From NCBI GenBank assembly GCA_039030515.1, contig JBCCEA010000002.1, forward strand, positions 1 through 64,000: 64,000 nt of DNA, in the 5' to 3' direction. The stretch is from Myxococcota bacterium (GTDB taxonomy: Bacteria; Myxococcota_A; Polyangia; Polyangiales; Houyiibacteriaceae). This document shows, piece after piece, positions 29,325 through 38,820 of this stretch (position 1 is its first letter; each line of letters opens with the position of its first letter). The position numbers and the translations under genes were made by a program. The notes beneath the pieces were generated by a model. It ran no database searches. It was not told where the DNA came from and saw only the letters and a program-made list of their open reading frames with translations.

Positions 29325-31172
29325 TTAGACGGTGGCAAAAGCATCATCCGGAATATCCACGGCGCTGGTATCTGCGGTTCCTAGCGTTTTTGCTTTGGCC
29401 ATAACAGAAGGCAGCACGTTGCGTGCAAAATACAGCGCTGCATACTTTTTACCTTCGTAAAACATTTTGTCTGGGTGACCGTCAGAGACCTCTTTGAGCT
29501 TTTCGATCGAGACGACAGCGCTTTCGAGCAGCAACCATCCAAGACAGAGCTCACTCACCATTTCGAGGTAACACTCCGCCGACAGAGGAATGTGCGCCAT
29601 CTTCCCGCTCTGGAACCACTGCAGAAACTGCATCGCCCCACCCGCAACCGCTTCCTGCGCTTTGCCAAGAACCGCAACCCCGTCTGCGAGCTCGGGATGC
29701 TCTCTGTGTGCAGCAACAAACTTCGCGACGTCGCCGAGGAAGGCCTGAGCGTTCTTACCGCCCGCCTGACCGAGCTTTCTACCGACGAGATCGAGTGCTT
29801 GAATGGCGTTGGTTCCCTCGTAGATGCTGAATATTTTTGCATCCCGGAGGTACTGCTCGATGGGCCAGTCCTGAAGATAGCCCGCGCCCCCGAAGACCTG
29901 AATCGCTCGTTCGCAAACCGCAAATCCCTGGTCGGAACCGTATGCCTTGGCCAAGGGGGTGAGCAAATCCACCTGACCCTGATGGTAGGCTGCGGCTTCG
30001 TCGTCTACGCCTTGAAGCGCCACCGCGCGATCCTGATGGGTGGTCAGCTTGGTGATCAAAGCGCGTATACCTTCTACTTTGGCCTTCATGTCGAGCAGAT
30101 CGCGCCGAATATTGGGATGCTTCAGGATAGAAACTTTGGGTGCAGAGGGGTCTTTCCAGCTGTCGATTCCTGGTCCCTGCGTTCGATCTTTCGCGTATTC
30201 GAGGGTGTTTAGGTAGGCGCTTGACGCCACCGAGAGCCCCTGAACGGCAACCCCGATACGTGCAAAGTTCATCATCCGGAACATCTGCTTGATCCCGCGG
30301 TGCTCCACATCGCCGACCAGCTCTCCGATGCAGGCATCTTCGTCTCCGAACTGCAGCACCGCAGTGCAGGAGCCGTTGATGCCCATCTTGTGTTCAAGAG
30401 ATACCGTCACCACATCGTTGGTGCCGGTGATCGCGCCCTGCTCATCGACCCGGTGCTTTGGAACCGCAAAGAGCGAAAGCCCTTTGGTCCCCGGTTCGGC
30501 CCCTTCGATTCGCGCCAAAACCAGGTGGACGATGTTGGGGGTGAGGTCGTGGTCGCCACCGCTGATGTAGATCTTGGTGCCCTTGATCGCGTAGGTGCCG
30601 TCGTCGTTCTTGATCGCTTTGGTCGTCGCGGCGCCGACGTCTGAACCAGCATGCGGTTCGGTCAGGCACATGGTCCCGGCCCACTCCCCGCGAAACATTC
30701 GGTCTGCGTAAAGCTGGGCCTGACGCTCGCTACCGAAATGCTTGATCAATTCTGCGGCGCCAAGGGTAAGACCCGGATACATCGAAAAAGCGGTATTCGA
30801 ACCCGCCAGCAACTCTTCCACCGCGGTCGCTAGAAAATAGGGTGCTTCTTGGCCGCCGTGTTCGGCAGGGGCGGATAAAGAGCGCCATCCTGCTTCGTAG
30901 AGCTTCTTCCACGCGCCGGCGAACCCTTCCGGGACACGCACCGTCCCGTCTTCTCTGAGGGAGCACCCCTGCTTGTCGCCCACTTGGTTAAGCGGCCCCG
31001 TCACATCGGTTGCGAAACGGAGGGACTCGTCCAGCACCATATTGACCTCGTCTTCGCCCCATTCGGCGAACGGTGCCTTAGAAAGCACATCGGTCTGGAC
31101 TTTGAAGAGTTCAAAAAGCAGGAACCTGAGGTCCCGGAGATCCATCTTGTAACGGTTCATGGGCTGCGACAC
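29325..31172 (-). CDS. Acyl-CoA dehydrogenase (long ~600-aa family)
   Basis: MCLTEPHAGSDVG, GTKIYISGG, EHKMGING, QVFGGAGY and IYEGTNAIQ. RBS GAGGAG precedes the GTG. Confidence 0.95.
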   Translation of the reverse strand: MSQPMNRYKMDLRDLRFLLFELFKVQTDVLSKAPFAEWGEDEVNMVLDESLRFATDVTGPLNQVGDKQGCSLREDGTVRVPEGFAGAWKKLYEAGWRSLSAPAEHGGQEAPYFLATAVEELLAGSNTAFSMYPGLTLGAAELIKHFGSERQAQLYADRMFRGEWAGTMCLTEPHAGSDVGAATTKAIKNDDGTYAIKGTKIYISGGDHDLTPNIVHLVLARIEGAEPGTKGLSLFAVPKHRVDEQGAITGTNDVVTVSLEHKMGINGSCTAVLQFGDEDACIGELVGDVEHRGIKQMFRMMNFARIGVAVQGLSVASSAYLNTLEYAKDRTQGPGIDSWKDPSAPKVSILKHPNIRRDLLDMKAKVEGIRALITKLTTHQDRAVALQGVDDEAAAYHQGQVDLLTPLAKAYGSDQGFAVCERAIQVFGGAGYLQDWPIEQYLRDAKIFSIYEGTNAIQALDLVGRKLGQAGGKNAQAFLGDVAKFVAAHREHPELADGVAVLGKAQEAVAGGAMQFLQWFQSGKMAHIPLSAECYLEMVSELCLGWLLLESAVVSIEKLKEVSDGHPDKMFYEGKKYAALYFARNVLPSVMAKAKTLGTADTSAVDIPDDAFATV

Positions 31173-31200
31173 GGAAGCTCTCCTCGCTGGCGGTCCTAAC

Positions 31201-31218
31201 TGAATGAATACCTATTCA
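31201..31218. promoter_or_regulatory. Palindromic operator resembling the TetR-family FadR (YsiA) box
   Basis: TGAATGAATACCTATTCA sits ~30 bp upstream of the acyl-CoA dehydrogenase start. It matches the Bacillus FadR consensus TGAATGANTANTCATTCA (recalled from memory) at 16 of 18 positions. Confidence 0.6.
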
Positions 31219-31378
31219 GCCAGGATATGGAAACGGTTGCAAGCCCAGTCAACCCCAGCGAGGTCGAGTTGGGTCAAATTCTTTGAGGGCTAGCGGGCGC
31301 GGACTCAGGGAGAAAGCGGGTGGCGCGGCCCAGCGAGTGCTCTTTACAGAGGCTCTATGACCCCGTATCTCGTCGGTC

Positions 31379-33136
31379 ATGCGACTCGAAGCACACCTTG
31401 AGCAGCTCGTGGCTCAGGTCGTTTTAGATCTACTGCCCGCGGAAGAGCACGGTAACCAGGTACGCGCTTTGGTCCGCCCTACCCAAAACCAGGAGCATGG
31501 CGACTACCAGGTCAACGGCATGATACCCCTTGCCAAGCGACTTAGGCGTCCACCTTTGGAGATGGCTGCCCCGGTCGCCGAGGCGCTGCGGGAGCGTCCA
31601 GAGTTTTTGAGCGCGGAAGTCGCAGGACCCGGCTTCATCAATTTGCGACTGGATGCAGCTTGGATGGCCCGTCTGCTGAACGAGGACCTCGGTGATCCAC
31701 GCCTCGGGGTACCCGAAGTGGAGACTCCCAAAAGCATCGTCGTCGACTACTCCAGCCCGAACATCGCCAAGCAAATGCACGTGGGCCACATTCGCTCGAC
31801 GGTCATCGGGGATTCGGTAAGCCGAACCCTACGGTTCGTTGGCCACCGGGTTACCCGGGACAACCATCTTGGAGACTGGGGCACCCAGTTCGGACTGCTG
31901 CTTGTCGGCATGCGTGCGTTCGGGGACGAGACCGCCCTTGCAAAGAACGCGATCGTCGAGCTCGAGCGGGTGTACCGACTGGCATCGGCACGGGCGAAGG
32001 AAGACGACACCTTTGCAGCCGCCGCGCGCGAGGAGCTAGCCAAGCTCCAGGCCGGAGACTCGGACAATCTTGCACTCTGGAAGCGATTCGTCGCGACCAC
32101 CCGCGAGGTGCTCGAGGAGATGTACGCACGACTCGATGTGGAGTTCGATATTTGGCTTGGCGAAAGCACCTACAACTCCATGCTAGGCGACGTTGTCGCA
32201 CTCCTGATCGACCGCGGACTCGCCCGAGAGGACGACGGGGCCGTCGGGATTTTTTGGAACGAAGTTGACGCGCCAAAATCTCTCCGAAATCAAAAAGAGC
32301 CCTTTCTCGTTCGCAAAAGGGATGGAGCGTATCTTTACGCCACCAGCGACATCGCAACCGCGCTTCATCGCCAAGATCAGCTTCAAGCGGAGGAATCGAT
32401 TTACGTCGTCGACAGTCGTCAGACGCTGCATTTTCGCCAGCTCTTCGCGGTGGCCGAGCTGCTCGGAGTTCGCACGAAGATGGAGCATGTCTCTTTCGGG
32501 ACCGTCCTCGATGAACACGGACAGCCACTTCGCACCCGAGACGGTCAAACCGTCACTCTAGGCTCGGTCCTCGACGAGGCGGAACGCCGTGCGGAAGAAC
32601 GTATTCGGGCAGGAGTTGCGGAAGGCAAGATTCAACTTGAACCTGAAGCGATCGTCGAAACCGCCCGTACGATCGGGATAGGGGCGGTAAAGTACGCTGA
32701 TCTTCGTCAAAATCGAACGAGCGACTATCGCTTCGACTGGGACAAACTGATTTCCTTTAGCGGAGATGCGGGTCCTTACGTGCAGTATGCCTACGCCCGT
32801 ACGCGATCGATTCTACAGAAGGGCAATCGAACGGAAGAAGAAGCGAGTGAGGGCACGATCGACCTGGCCCACGAGGCAGAACTCGCTCTTGGTCGAATTC
32901 TCCTCATCTTCGGGGATACCGTGCACAAAGCGGCGGAAACCCGGCAGCCGCATTTGCTGTGTCAACATGCATATGAACTTGCGACTCAGATCAGTCGGTT
33001 CCTGACCCAGTGCCGCGTGCTCCAACCAGGCCATACTGAATCAGAGCGCGCGAGGTTTGCGCTGCTCTCGCTTGCCGGACGTCAACTTCGATGCGCCCTC
33101 AACCTTCTCGGTATCCACGTCGTCGAGCGGATGTAG
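31379..33136 (+). CDS. argS: Arginine--tRNA ligase
   Basis: HGDYQ, VAGPGFIN, SSPNIAKQMHVGH (HIGH), GDWGTQFG, YVQYAYAR and C-terminal ERM. Confidence 0.97.
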   Translation: MRLEAHLEQLVAQVVLDLLPAEEHGNQVRALVRPTQNQEHGDYQVNGMIPLAKRLRRPPLEMAAPVAEALRERPEFLSAEVAGPGFINLRLDAAWMARLLNEDLGDPRLGVPEVETPKSIVVDYSSPNIAKQMHVGHIRSTVIGDSVSRTLRFVGHRVTRDNHLGDWGTQFGLLLVGMRAFGDETALAKNAIVELERVYRLASARAKEDDTFAAAAREELAKLQAGDSDNLALWKRFVATTREVLEEMYARLDVEFDIWLGESTYNSMLGDVVALLIDRGLAREDDGAVGIFWNEVDAPKSLRNQKEPFLVRKRDGAYLYATSDIATALHRQDQLQAEESIYVVDSRQTLHFRQLFAVAELLGVRTKMEHVSFGTVLDEHGQPLRTRDGQTVTLGSVLDEAERRAEERIRAGVAEGKIQLEPEAIVETARTIGIGAVKYADLRQNRTSDYRFDWDKLISFSGDAGPYVQYAYARTRSILQKGNRTEEEASEGTIDLAHEAELALGRILLIFGDTVHKAAETRQPHLLCQHAYELATQISRFLTQCRVLQPGHTESERARFALLSLAGRQLRCALNLLGIHVVERM

Positions 33137-33259
33137 GTCGAGCTCGCCAGGCGAGACGCTCGCGGGAAAGACTCCGGTGCGCGTGCAAGGGGCTCCATAG
33201 GACCTTCGGGCAGAGGAGAATCCCGCCACCGAGATAGGTTTGTGCTAAGCCCGAGCGGC

Positions 33260-34312
33260 ATGCGGGGCCGAATCGATCGACTCACCTTGGAAAGTGAGTG
33301 CCTGAAAGGCAACGCGCTCGGAGACCCGAGTGCGCGAGAGGTGCTCGTGTATTCGCCCGCGGAGCCTGCGGGTTCCCTGCCGACCATCGTCATGTTGCCG
33401 GGCTACGGGAGCACCCATCAAAGCGTGTTGAACTTTCGTCCCTTCGAGCCCAACGCGATCGAGCGATGGGATGCCCAAATTCAGGCCGGCACCGCGAAGC
33501 CCGCCCGAATCGTGCTCCCCGATGCGTACAACAAATATGGCGGTAGCCAGTACCTCGATTCTGCCGCTACGGGGGCATACCAGAGCTACTTGGTCGATGA
33601 GGTCCTCCCCTTTGTAGAGTCCAAGTACCCCTGCCGGGCAGAGCCTGCCGGACGAGGCGTCATCGGGAGCTCATCGGGAGGGTTCGGTGCACTGCGGCTG
33701 GCGATCGACCGTCCGGGAATCTTTGGCGCGGTGGGAAGCCACGCGGGAGATGCGCACTTCGAGGTCTCGATGCGCCCCATACTCACCTCGGCAGCGATCG
33801 CCATCGATCGGGCGGGTGGGCTCGCCCCGTTCATCGAACGAGTCCTTCAAAAAGGACCTAAAACGGCTCAAGACTTCGACGGGATCTTCGTTGTCGCGGC
33901 AAGCGCCGCATACGCACCCACGCTCCAACGAACGGACACAAAAAGCCGCGTCGCCGGCAACCTGGCCGAGGAACATGACGTACCGAATTTTGAACTTCCG
34001 ATGGATCCCGAAACCGGCGCACTCCGTGCCGAAGGGTGGGCACGATGGCTGGAGCATGATCCGGTAGTAAAACTGGATCGCATTCTCCAGGGCGACGCCC
34101 CGCAAGGTCTCGGAAACACACTAAAGCTCGTCTATCTCGACGCCGGAGATCACGACGAGCACGGACTCAACTTTGCAGCGAGGATGCTTGAAGAACGCTT
34201 TACGAATTTGGGGATCCCTGTGGAGCGGAGCGAGTTTGACGGCGGACATCGGCATACATCTTGGCGCTACGCGATTTCGCTTCCCCGACTCGCAGAGGCC
34301 CTCTCCACATGA
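33260..34312 (+). CDS. Alpha/beta-hydrolase, enterochelin esterase-like
   Basis: LKGNALGDP, GGSQYLDS, nucleophile GSSSGGFG, LDAG..DE and FDGGH. Confidence 0.85.
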   Translation: MRGRIDRLTLESECLKGNALGDPSAREVLVYSPAEPAGSLPTIVMLPGYGSTHQSVLNFRPFEPNAIERWDAQIQAGTAKPARIVLPDAYNKYGGSQYLDSAATGAYQSYLVDEVLPFVESKYPCRAEPAGRGVIGSSSGGFGALRLAIDRPGIFGAVGSHAGDAHFEVSMRPILTSAAIAIDRAGGLAPFIERVLQKGPKTAQDFDGIFVVAASAAYAPTLQRTDTKSRVAGNLAEEHDVPNFELPMDPETGALRAEGWARWLEHDPVVKLDRILQGDAPQGLGNTLKLVYLDAGDHDEHGLNFAARMLEERFTNLGIPVERSEFDGGHRHTSWRYAISLPRLAEALST

Positions 34313-34473
34313 CCGCTCGAGATATGGAAATGACAACTGGAGCGCACCAAAGACGATAACGGCGGCGTGGACGGAAGAAACAGGGCGCGCAGACTCCCGG
34401 TTTCATTCTTGGGTTCGGTGAACTCATCGCGTACCATGACGCGCAAACCCGGTGGACCACCACGGGAGGAATC

Positions 34474-35205
34474 ATGACCGGCACGTCCGGAAGTAACGGC
34501 AACGCGGACCTCACGGAAGAACACGATGACGACTCCTGTGAGGACAACATCGAAGAGACCTCGCAAGGGGAGGAACCCGGAAAAACGGCCAAGAAACCGA
34601 GCTCTAGTGGAGCAGCTCAGGTCGCAGCGGAAATTCTGGCTGGAGAACACCCCGCCACCGGCATAGCTGAGCAGAATGCGTTGATGATGGGGGAATCGCG
34701 CTCAGCGTCCACCAAAGCGGCTCGAGTGCTGGCAGAGATCGCCACCCTTCGAACCGATCTGGTTGTTCCGCTGATACCTGACTTCGCCAAGGGCATTACC
34801 TCCGCCAACAAGCGGGTGGTGCAAACGGCGGCCGATGCCCTTCCTCAGCTCGCGCGAATTCAGCCGGCAAGGGTGGCGCGGCAACTGCCGCTTCTCAAAG
34901 GCAGCTACGCCGAGACGTCAGAGACCGGAAAAGACGGTATCGTACGGACGTTTGCGGCACTCTGTACGGCTTCGGTAGCGTATCAGAAGAAGCTGGAGCC
35001 TGTGTTGACGACCGCACTCGAGGAAGCCGACGGCAAAACACTGCTGCGCTGGACGAAAATAGTTTTGCCGGCTCTCAAGGGCGAACCGCATGCAAACGCG
35101 CGCGCGGTGGTCGAGCGGCGCATGTATCAAATCCCTAGAGCGACCGCTCAAAAGATCGCCGAGTTTTTGGGCGTCAAGCTTCGACACAGCTATCGCGGAG
35201 TGTAG
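34474..35205 (+). CDS. HEAT/ARM-like helical repeat protein
   Basis: GGAGG RBS, an acidic N-terminus, then amphipathic helical repeats (AARVLAEIA, RVVQTAADALPQLA). Confidence 0.65.
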   Translation: MTGTSGSNGNADLTEEHDDDSCEDNIEETSQGEEPGKTAKKPSSSGAAQVAAEILAGEHPATGIAEQNALMMGESRSASTKAARVLAEIATLRTDLVVPLIPDFAKGITSANKRVVQTAADALPQLARIQPARVARQLPLLKGSYAETSETGKDGIVRTFAALCTASVAYQKKLEPVLTTALEEADGKTLLRWTKIVLPALKGEPHANARAVVERRMYQIPRATAQKIAEFLGVKLRHSYRGV

Positions 35206-35209
35206 AAAC

Positions 35210-36253
35210 GTGAGACGGCCGTTTTATCTCGGGTACTCATTTCTTCTCGCGGGTCTGTGCGCAGGCTGCATCTCAGAAGCCGCGCCGCCTCCAGAAATTC
35301 CCGCGCCACCAACTTCTGAGGCCCCTCCGATGGAAGCCTCAACGGTCGAGTGGCCTGAGCAACTAACCGCAGGGCCAGGTTCTGGACCCGCGCTCTTTCT
35401 ATCGGAAGCTCCAAGCGCTCCCGCCATCGGCTACGTATCTCCCGGAGTCCCTATCCGGGTGATGGGCCCATCCGTGGGCGAGCGCATTCCGGTGAGAATC
35501 TTAGGAGCGATGAAGGCTCGCGGCTGGCTCAAGCTGACCCGAGTAGGAGGGCGGGTGCAGCAGAGAGGTCGCATCGCCGGAACACCTTGCTACGTAGGCC
35601 CCGGCGATTTGGTTCGTATTCTTGAGCCAGAGGGCGACAACTTGCGCGTTGAAGTGCGGCCGGTGCTCCGCTCCGAACCGAGCTCCGTGCTGGGTCCCTT
35701 TGTAGGAATCTATCCGCAGGGTCGCATCGCAGGGACTCCCGTCGCTACAGAGGCAGAACCTCCGACGCCGGGCGCGACCTTCCGGCTGCCTGCCGGTGAG
35801 ACCGTGCGCGTCTACGATCGCCCTGACGGGAACGTGGTGGCCACGCTGCCGGCCCTCGAGCCGCCGCTGATCGTCTCTGTGCTGCGGGATCGAGGCGTGT
35901 GGAAGGGGGTGCGCGCAGGCCTTGGACCCTACGTGGTCGGCTACGTGCAGGCCGCGCTTACTGAGGAAGACGGCGGAACGGAAACGAAAGCAGCCACCTC
36001 ACAAGCGAACTCCTCTGGCGTTCCCCTGAGGTTGCTCGAAGACTCGGACAAACCACTGCGCCGACTGCCCACGGGAACCCGAGTCAAGTTCAGCGATCGT
36101 ACGATGGGTATTCTGCAAACAGAGGGTTGGGCTCGAGAGCTTCACCGCTACACGGACACCGGCGAGGCCGACGTGTTTGTGGCGGCGGACGATGACGTAG
36201 CGATGCGAGGCATGGTGCCGATCGAGGTAATTCGACCGGCGGCAGAACCCTAG
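35210..36253 (+). CDS. Hypothetical lipoprotein, possibly with SH3-like beta modules
   Basis: Lipobox LCAGC, Pro-rich linker and repeated V..L....W..VR.....GYV segments. The GTG start lies 4 bp after the upstream stop. Confidence 0.65.
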   Translation: MRRPFYLGYSFLLAGLCAGCISEAAPPPEIPAPPTSEAPPMEASTVEWPEQLTAGPGSGPALFLSEAPSAPAIGYVSPGVPIRVMGPSVGERIPVRILGAMKARGWLKLTRVGGRVQQRGRIAGTPCYVGPGDLVRILEPEGDNLRVEVRPVLRSEPSSVLGPFVGIYPQGRIAGTPVATEAEPPTPGATFRLPAGETVRVYDRPDGNVVATLPALEPPLIVSVLRDRGVWKGVRAGLGPYVVGYVQAALTEEDGGTETKAATSQANSSGVPLRLLEDSDKPLRRLPTGTRVKFSDRTMGILQTEGWARELHRYTDTGEADVFVAADDDVAMRGMVPIEVIRPAAEP

Positions 36254-36319
36254 GCTCTCTGAGTTTTGAAGGCCGCTGCGTTCATGATGACGACAGACTC
36301 AGGAGATAGAGAACATCCT

Positions 36320-37015
36320 ATGACGAGCAGTTCGAGGCCAAGCATCCGTCCCGCAACCTACCCCCGTACACCTGCGGCTGTGAGAGCGCATCCGCTCAGC
36401 CTGTGTGCGCTTGCCGCCTTCGCGATCTTATCGGGGTGTACGCGTTCCGCTTCGACCGCGATTCGCCACCCGATGCAGGTGGGTCAAATCGAGCCGCATC
36501 AGGTCATCAACCCCCATCCATCCGAGGAGCAGAGCTACCTGCTCCCGGCAGGCACACTCAACAACTCTGCTCAGCTTGTCCAGCTGGACGACCAAAACGT
36601 CTGCATCGACCTTCGGCTTCAGCGCATCGACGATGGAAACGGGCAAATGTGGACTCCACTGGAAAACTGGGACATCGAGCTCGAAACCGCCGAGGGGCAA
36701 CGAATCCGGCAGGGAGTCGCTCAGTCCATGCAACCGGCATCACAGCAGTTTCAGGGACGCACACCGCAGCGCGTAGTTGTTGGCGAGCAAGAAGAGTGTG
36801 TTCGTCAAAACAAGAGCGGCCGGTGTACGCGCTGGGAGCGACGTCCGATCACCGAAGTCCGCTGGCTGCCCGGGATCGTCACCGTCACCAGCGGCGGAGG
36901 CAACATCTGCTTCACGCACGGCGGTGCGGTTTCGCTAAAGACCACCGGTATCAAGCTCAAGCTGGAGCGACCCGCGATTCGGCTGTTTTTCGAGTGGCTG
37001 TTTACCGCCGTCTGA
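36320..37015 (+). CDS. Hypothetical lipoprotein
   Basis: AGGAGA RBS region, lipobox LSGC and a Cys-containing beta-rich mature region. Confidence 0.65.
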   Translation: MTSSSRPSIRPATYPRTPAAVRAHPLSLCALAAFAILSGCTRSASTAIRHPMQVGQIEPHQVINPHPSEEQSYLLPAGTLNNSAQLVQLDDQNVCIDLRLQRIDDGNGQMWTPLENWDIELETAEGQRIRQGVAQSMQPASQQFQGRTPQRVVVGEQEECVRQNKSGRCTRWERRPITEVRWLPGIVTVTSGGGNICFTHGGAVSLKTTGIKLKLERPAIRLFFEWLFTAV

Positions 37016-37061
37016 ACCTCTAGTACGGCGCAGGTCCTGGGTTCATCGCGCAGGCCTGGGT

Positions 37062-38714
37062 TCATCGCGTGACGAGCAGCGACGCCTCGTATTCGTCTGG
37101 AGGCTGCAGACCGAGCAGGTGAAAGGTCGTGGCCGCCACCGAGGAGAGCCCGGCTTCAGACGCCCGCATCCTCAAGGCGGCCGCTCCCGGAGGCAGAAAA
37201 ATATGGCAGGGCACTCGATTTCGCGTGTGGCTCGTTTTGGGCTTCGCCGCTCCGGCAGCTGTGGTTCGAAAATCGCCGGACGCATCGAGCTCGAACATCT
37301 CGTCTGCATTGCCGTGGTCGGCGGTCACGAGAAGGGCACCACCAAGCCGGTGCACGACCTTGGCCAACCGCCTCAAGCATAGATCGACCGTCTCCACCGC
37401 GAGTATCGCCGCGTCTCGATCCCCGGTATGCCCCACCATGTCGCCATTTGGGTAGTTCAATCGCAGATGGCGGTATCTGCCGCTTTCTAGAGCAGCGATG
37501 CATCGATCGGTGATCTCCGCCGCCTGCATCCAGGGCCGCACCTCGAAATCGGAGTTGTCGCCGGGCACCTCTACGTAGGTTTCATAGGACGCGTCGAACC
37601 GTCCGCTTCGGTTGCCGTTCCAAAAAAAGGTCACGTGTCCGTATTTCTGGGTTTCGCTGATGGCAAAGAGAGGAATCTGGTTGTGGACCATGAATTCGCC
37701 GGTCGTTCGATCGATCGACGGGGGCAGCACGAGGTATCGTTTGGGAATGAGCAGATCGCCATCATACTGCATCATTCCTGCATAAAGAATATCCCTGCGA
37801 GGCCCGCGCGCGAAGGCATCAAGCGAATCCTCCTCAAAAGCTCGACTGATCTGGATCGCGCGATCGCCTCGAAAATTAAAGCAGACCACCGAAGCGCCGT
37901 CCCGTATCGGACCTACGGGTTCGCCCTCCGCCTCGATCACGAACGCGGGCAGATGCTGGTCGGAGATGCCGGGTTGCTCTGCACGGTACGTTTCAATAGC
38001 TTCCCTCGCCGTGCTGAACCGACGTCCCTCACCCTCCACGTGCACCCGGTAGCCACGCTCCACCATGGCCCAGTCCGCCTCGTAGCGGTCCATCGTGATC
38101 GTCATGCGACCTCCGCCGGATGCGATCCGGTAGTCGCGACCGGCGATCCGATAGGAGTGCAGCAGCTTCTCCAAGGCGTCCACGTAGCTGAGCGCACTGG
38201 TTTCGGAGACGTCTCGACCGTCCAGCAAGATGTGCACGCGCACTCGGGCGACCGCCTCGCGATCGGCTTGACGGATCAATGCAAAAAGATGATCGATGTG
38301 GCTGTGGACGTTGCCGTCAGAAAGCAGCCCTAAGAAATGAAGCGGTTCACCGCTCTGCCGGACGCGATGAAGCAGCTCGTTCCACACCGGGCCGCGGAAG
38401 AGCTCGCCGGTTCGAATTGCGGCGTTGATCCGCTTCGCTCCCTGGTCGAACACCCTCCCCGCTCCAAGGGCGTTGTGCCCTACCTCGCTATTGCCGACGT
38501 CGGCTTCGGAAGGCAGACCCACCGCTGTGCCGTGCGCGACGAGCGAGCAGCTCAGCGCATGGTTCTTGAACCAGTCGAGCTGTGGGGTATGGGCCAACCA
38601 CACCGCGTTTCCCTCGTCTTTCCGCCCCTGCCCGACGCCGTCCATCACCACCACCACCACCGGTCCAGGTACTCCGTTGAATTCGCGGTGCGGACGTAAC
38701 TCGAAAGACTCCAT
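37062..38714 (-). CDS. gpmI: 2,3-bisphosphoglycerate-independent phosphoglycerate mutase
   Basis: MDGVG, GNSEVGH, SDGNVHSH, NFRGDRA, ETQKYGHVT, DMVGHTG and TADHGN. Confidence 0.97.
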   Translation of the reverse strand: MESFELRPHREFNGVPGPVVVVVMDGVGQGRKDEGNAVWLAHTPQLDWFKNHALSCSLVAHGTAVGLPSEADVGNSEVGHNALGAGRVFDQGAKRINAAIRTGELFRGPVWNELLHRVRQSGEPLHFLGLLSDGNVHSHIDHLFALIRQADREAVARVRVHILLDGRDVSETSALSYVDALEKLLHSYRIAGRDYRIASGGGRMTITMDRYEADWAMVERGYRVHVEGEGRRFSTAREAIETYRAEQPGISDQHLPAFVIEAEGEPVGPIRDGASVVCFNFRGDRAIQISRAFEEDSLDAFARGPRRDILYAGMMQYDGDLLIPKRYLVLPPSIDRTTGEFMVHNQIPLFAISETQKYGHVTFFWNGNRSGRFDASYETYVEVPGDNSDFEVRPWMQAAEITDRCIAALESGRYRHLRLNYPNGDMVGHTGDRDAAILAVETVDLCLRRLAKVVHRLGGALLVTADHGNADEMFELDASGDFRTTAAGAAKPKTSHTRNRVPCHIFLPPGAAALRMRASEAGLSSVAATTFHLLGLQPPDEYEASLLVTR

Positions 38715-38820
38715 CGGGCCGGTTTAGGGAACCTCGAGCGCACTCGCAAGCGGCAGCACGGCCGTGAATTTGAAGCCTTTTCGATTCGCCGCATCGGCTC
38801 TGGGGGACTACGTAGCGGAT

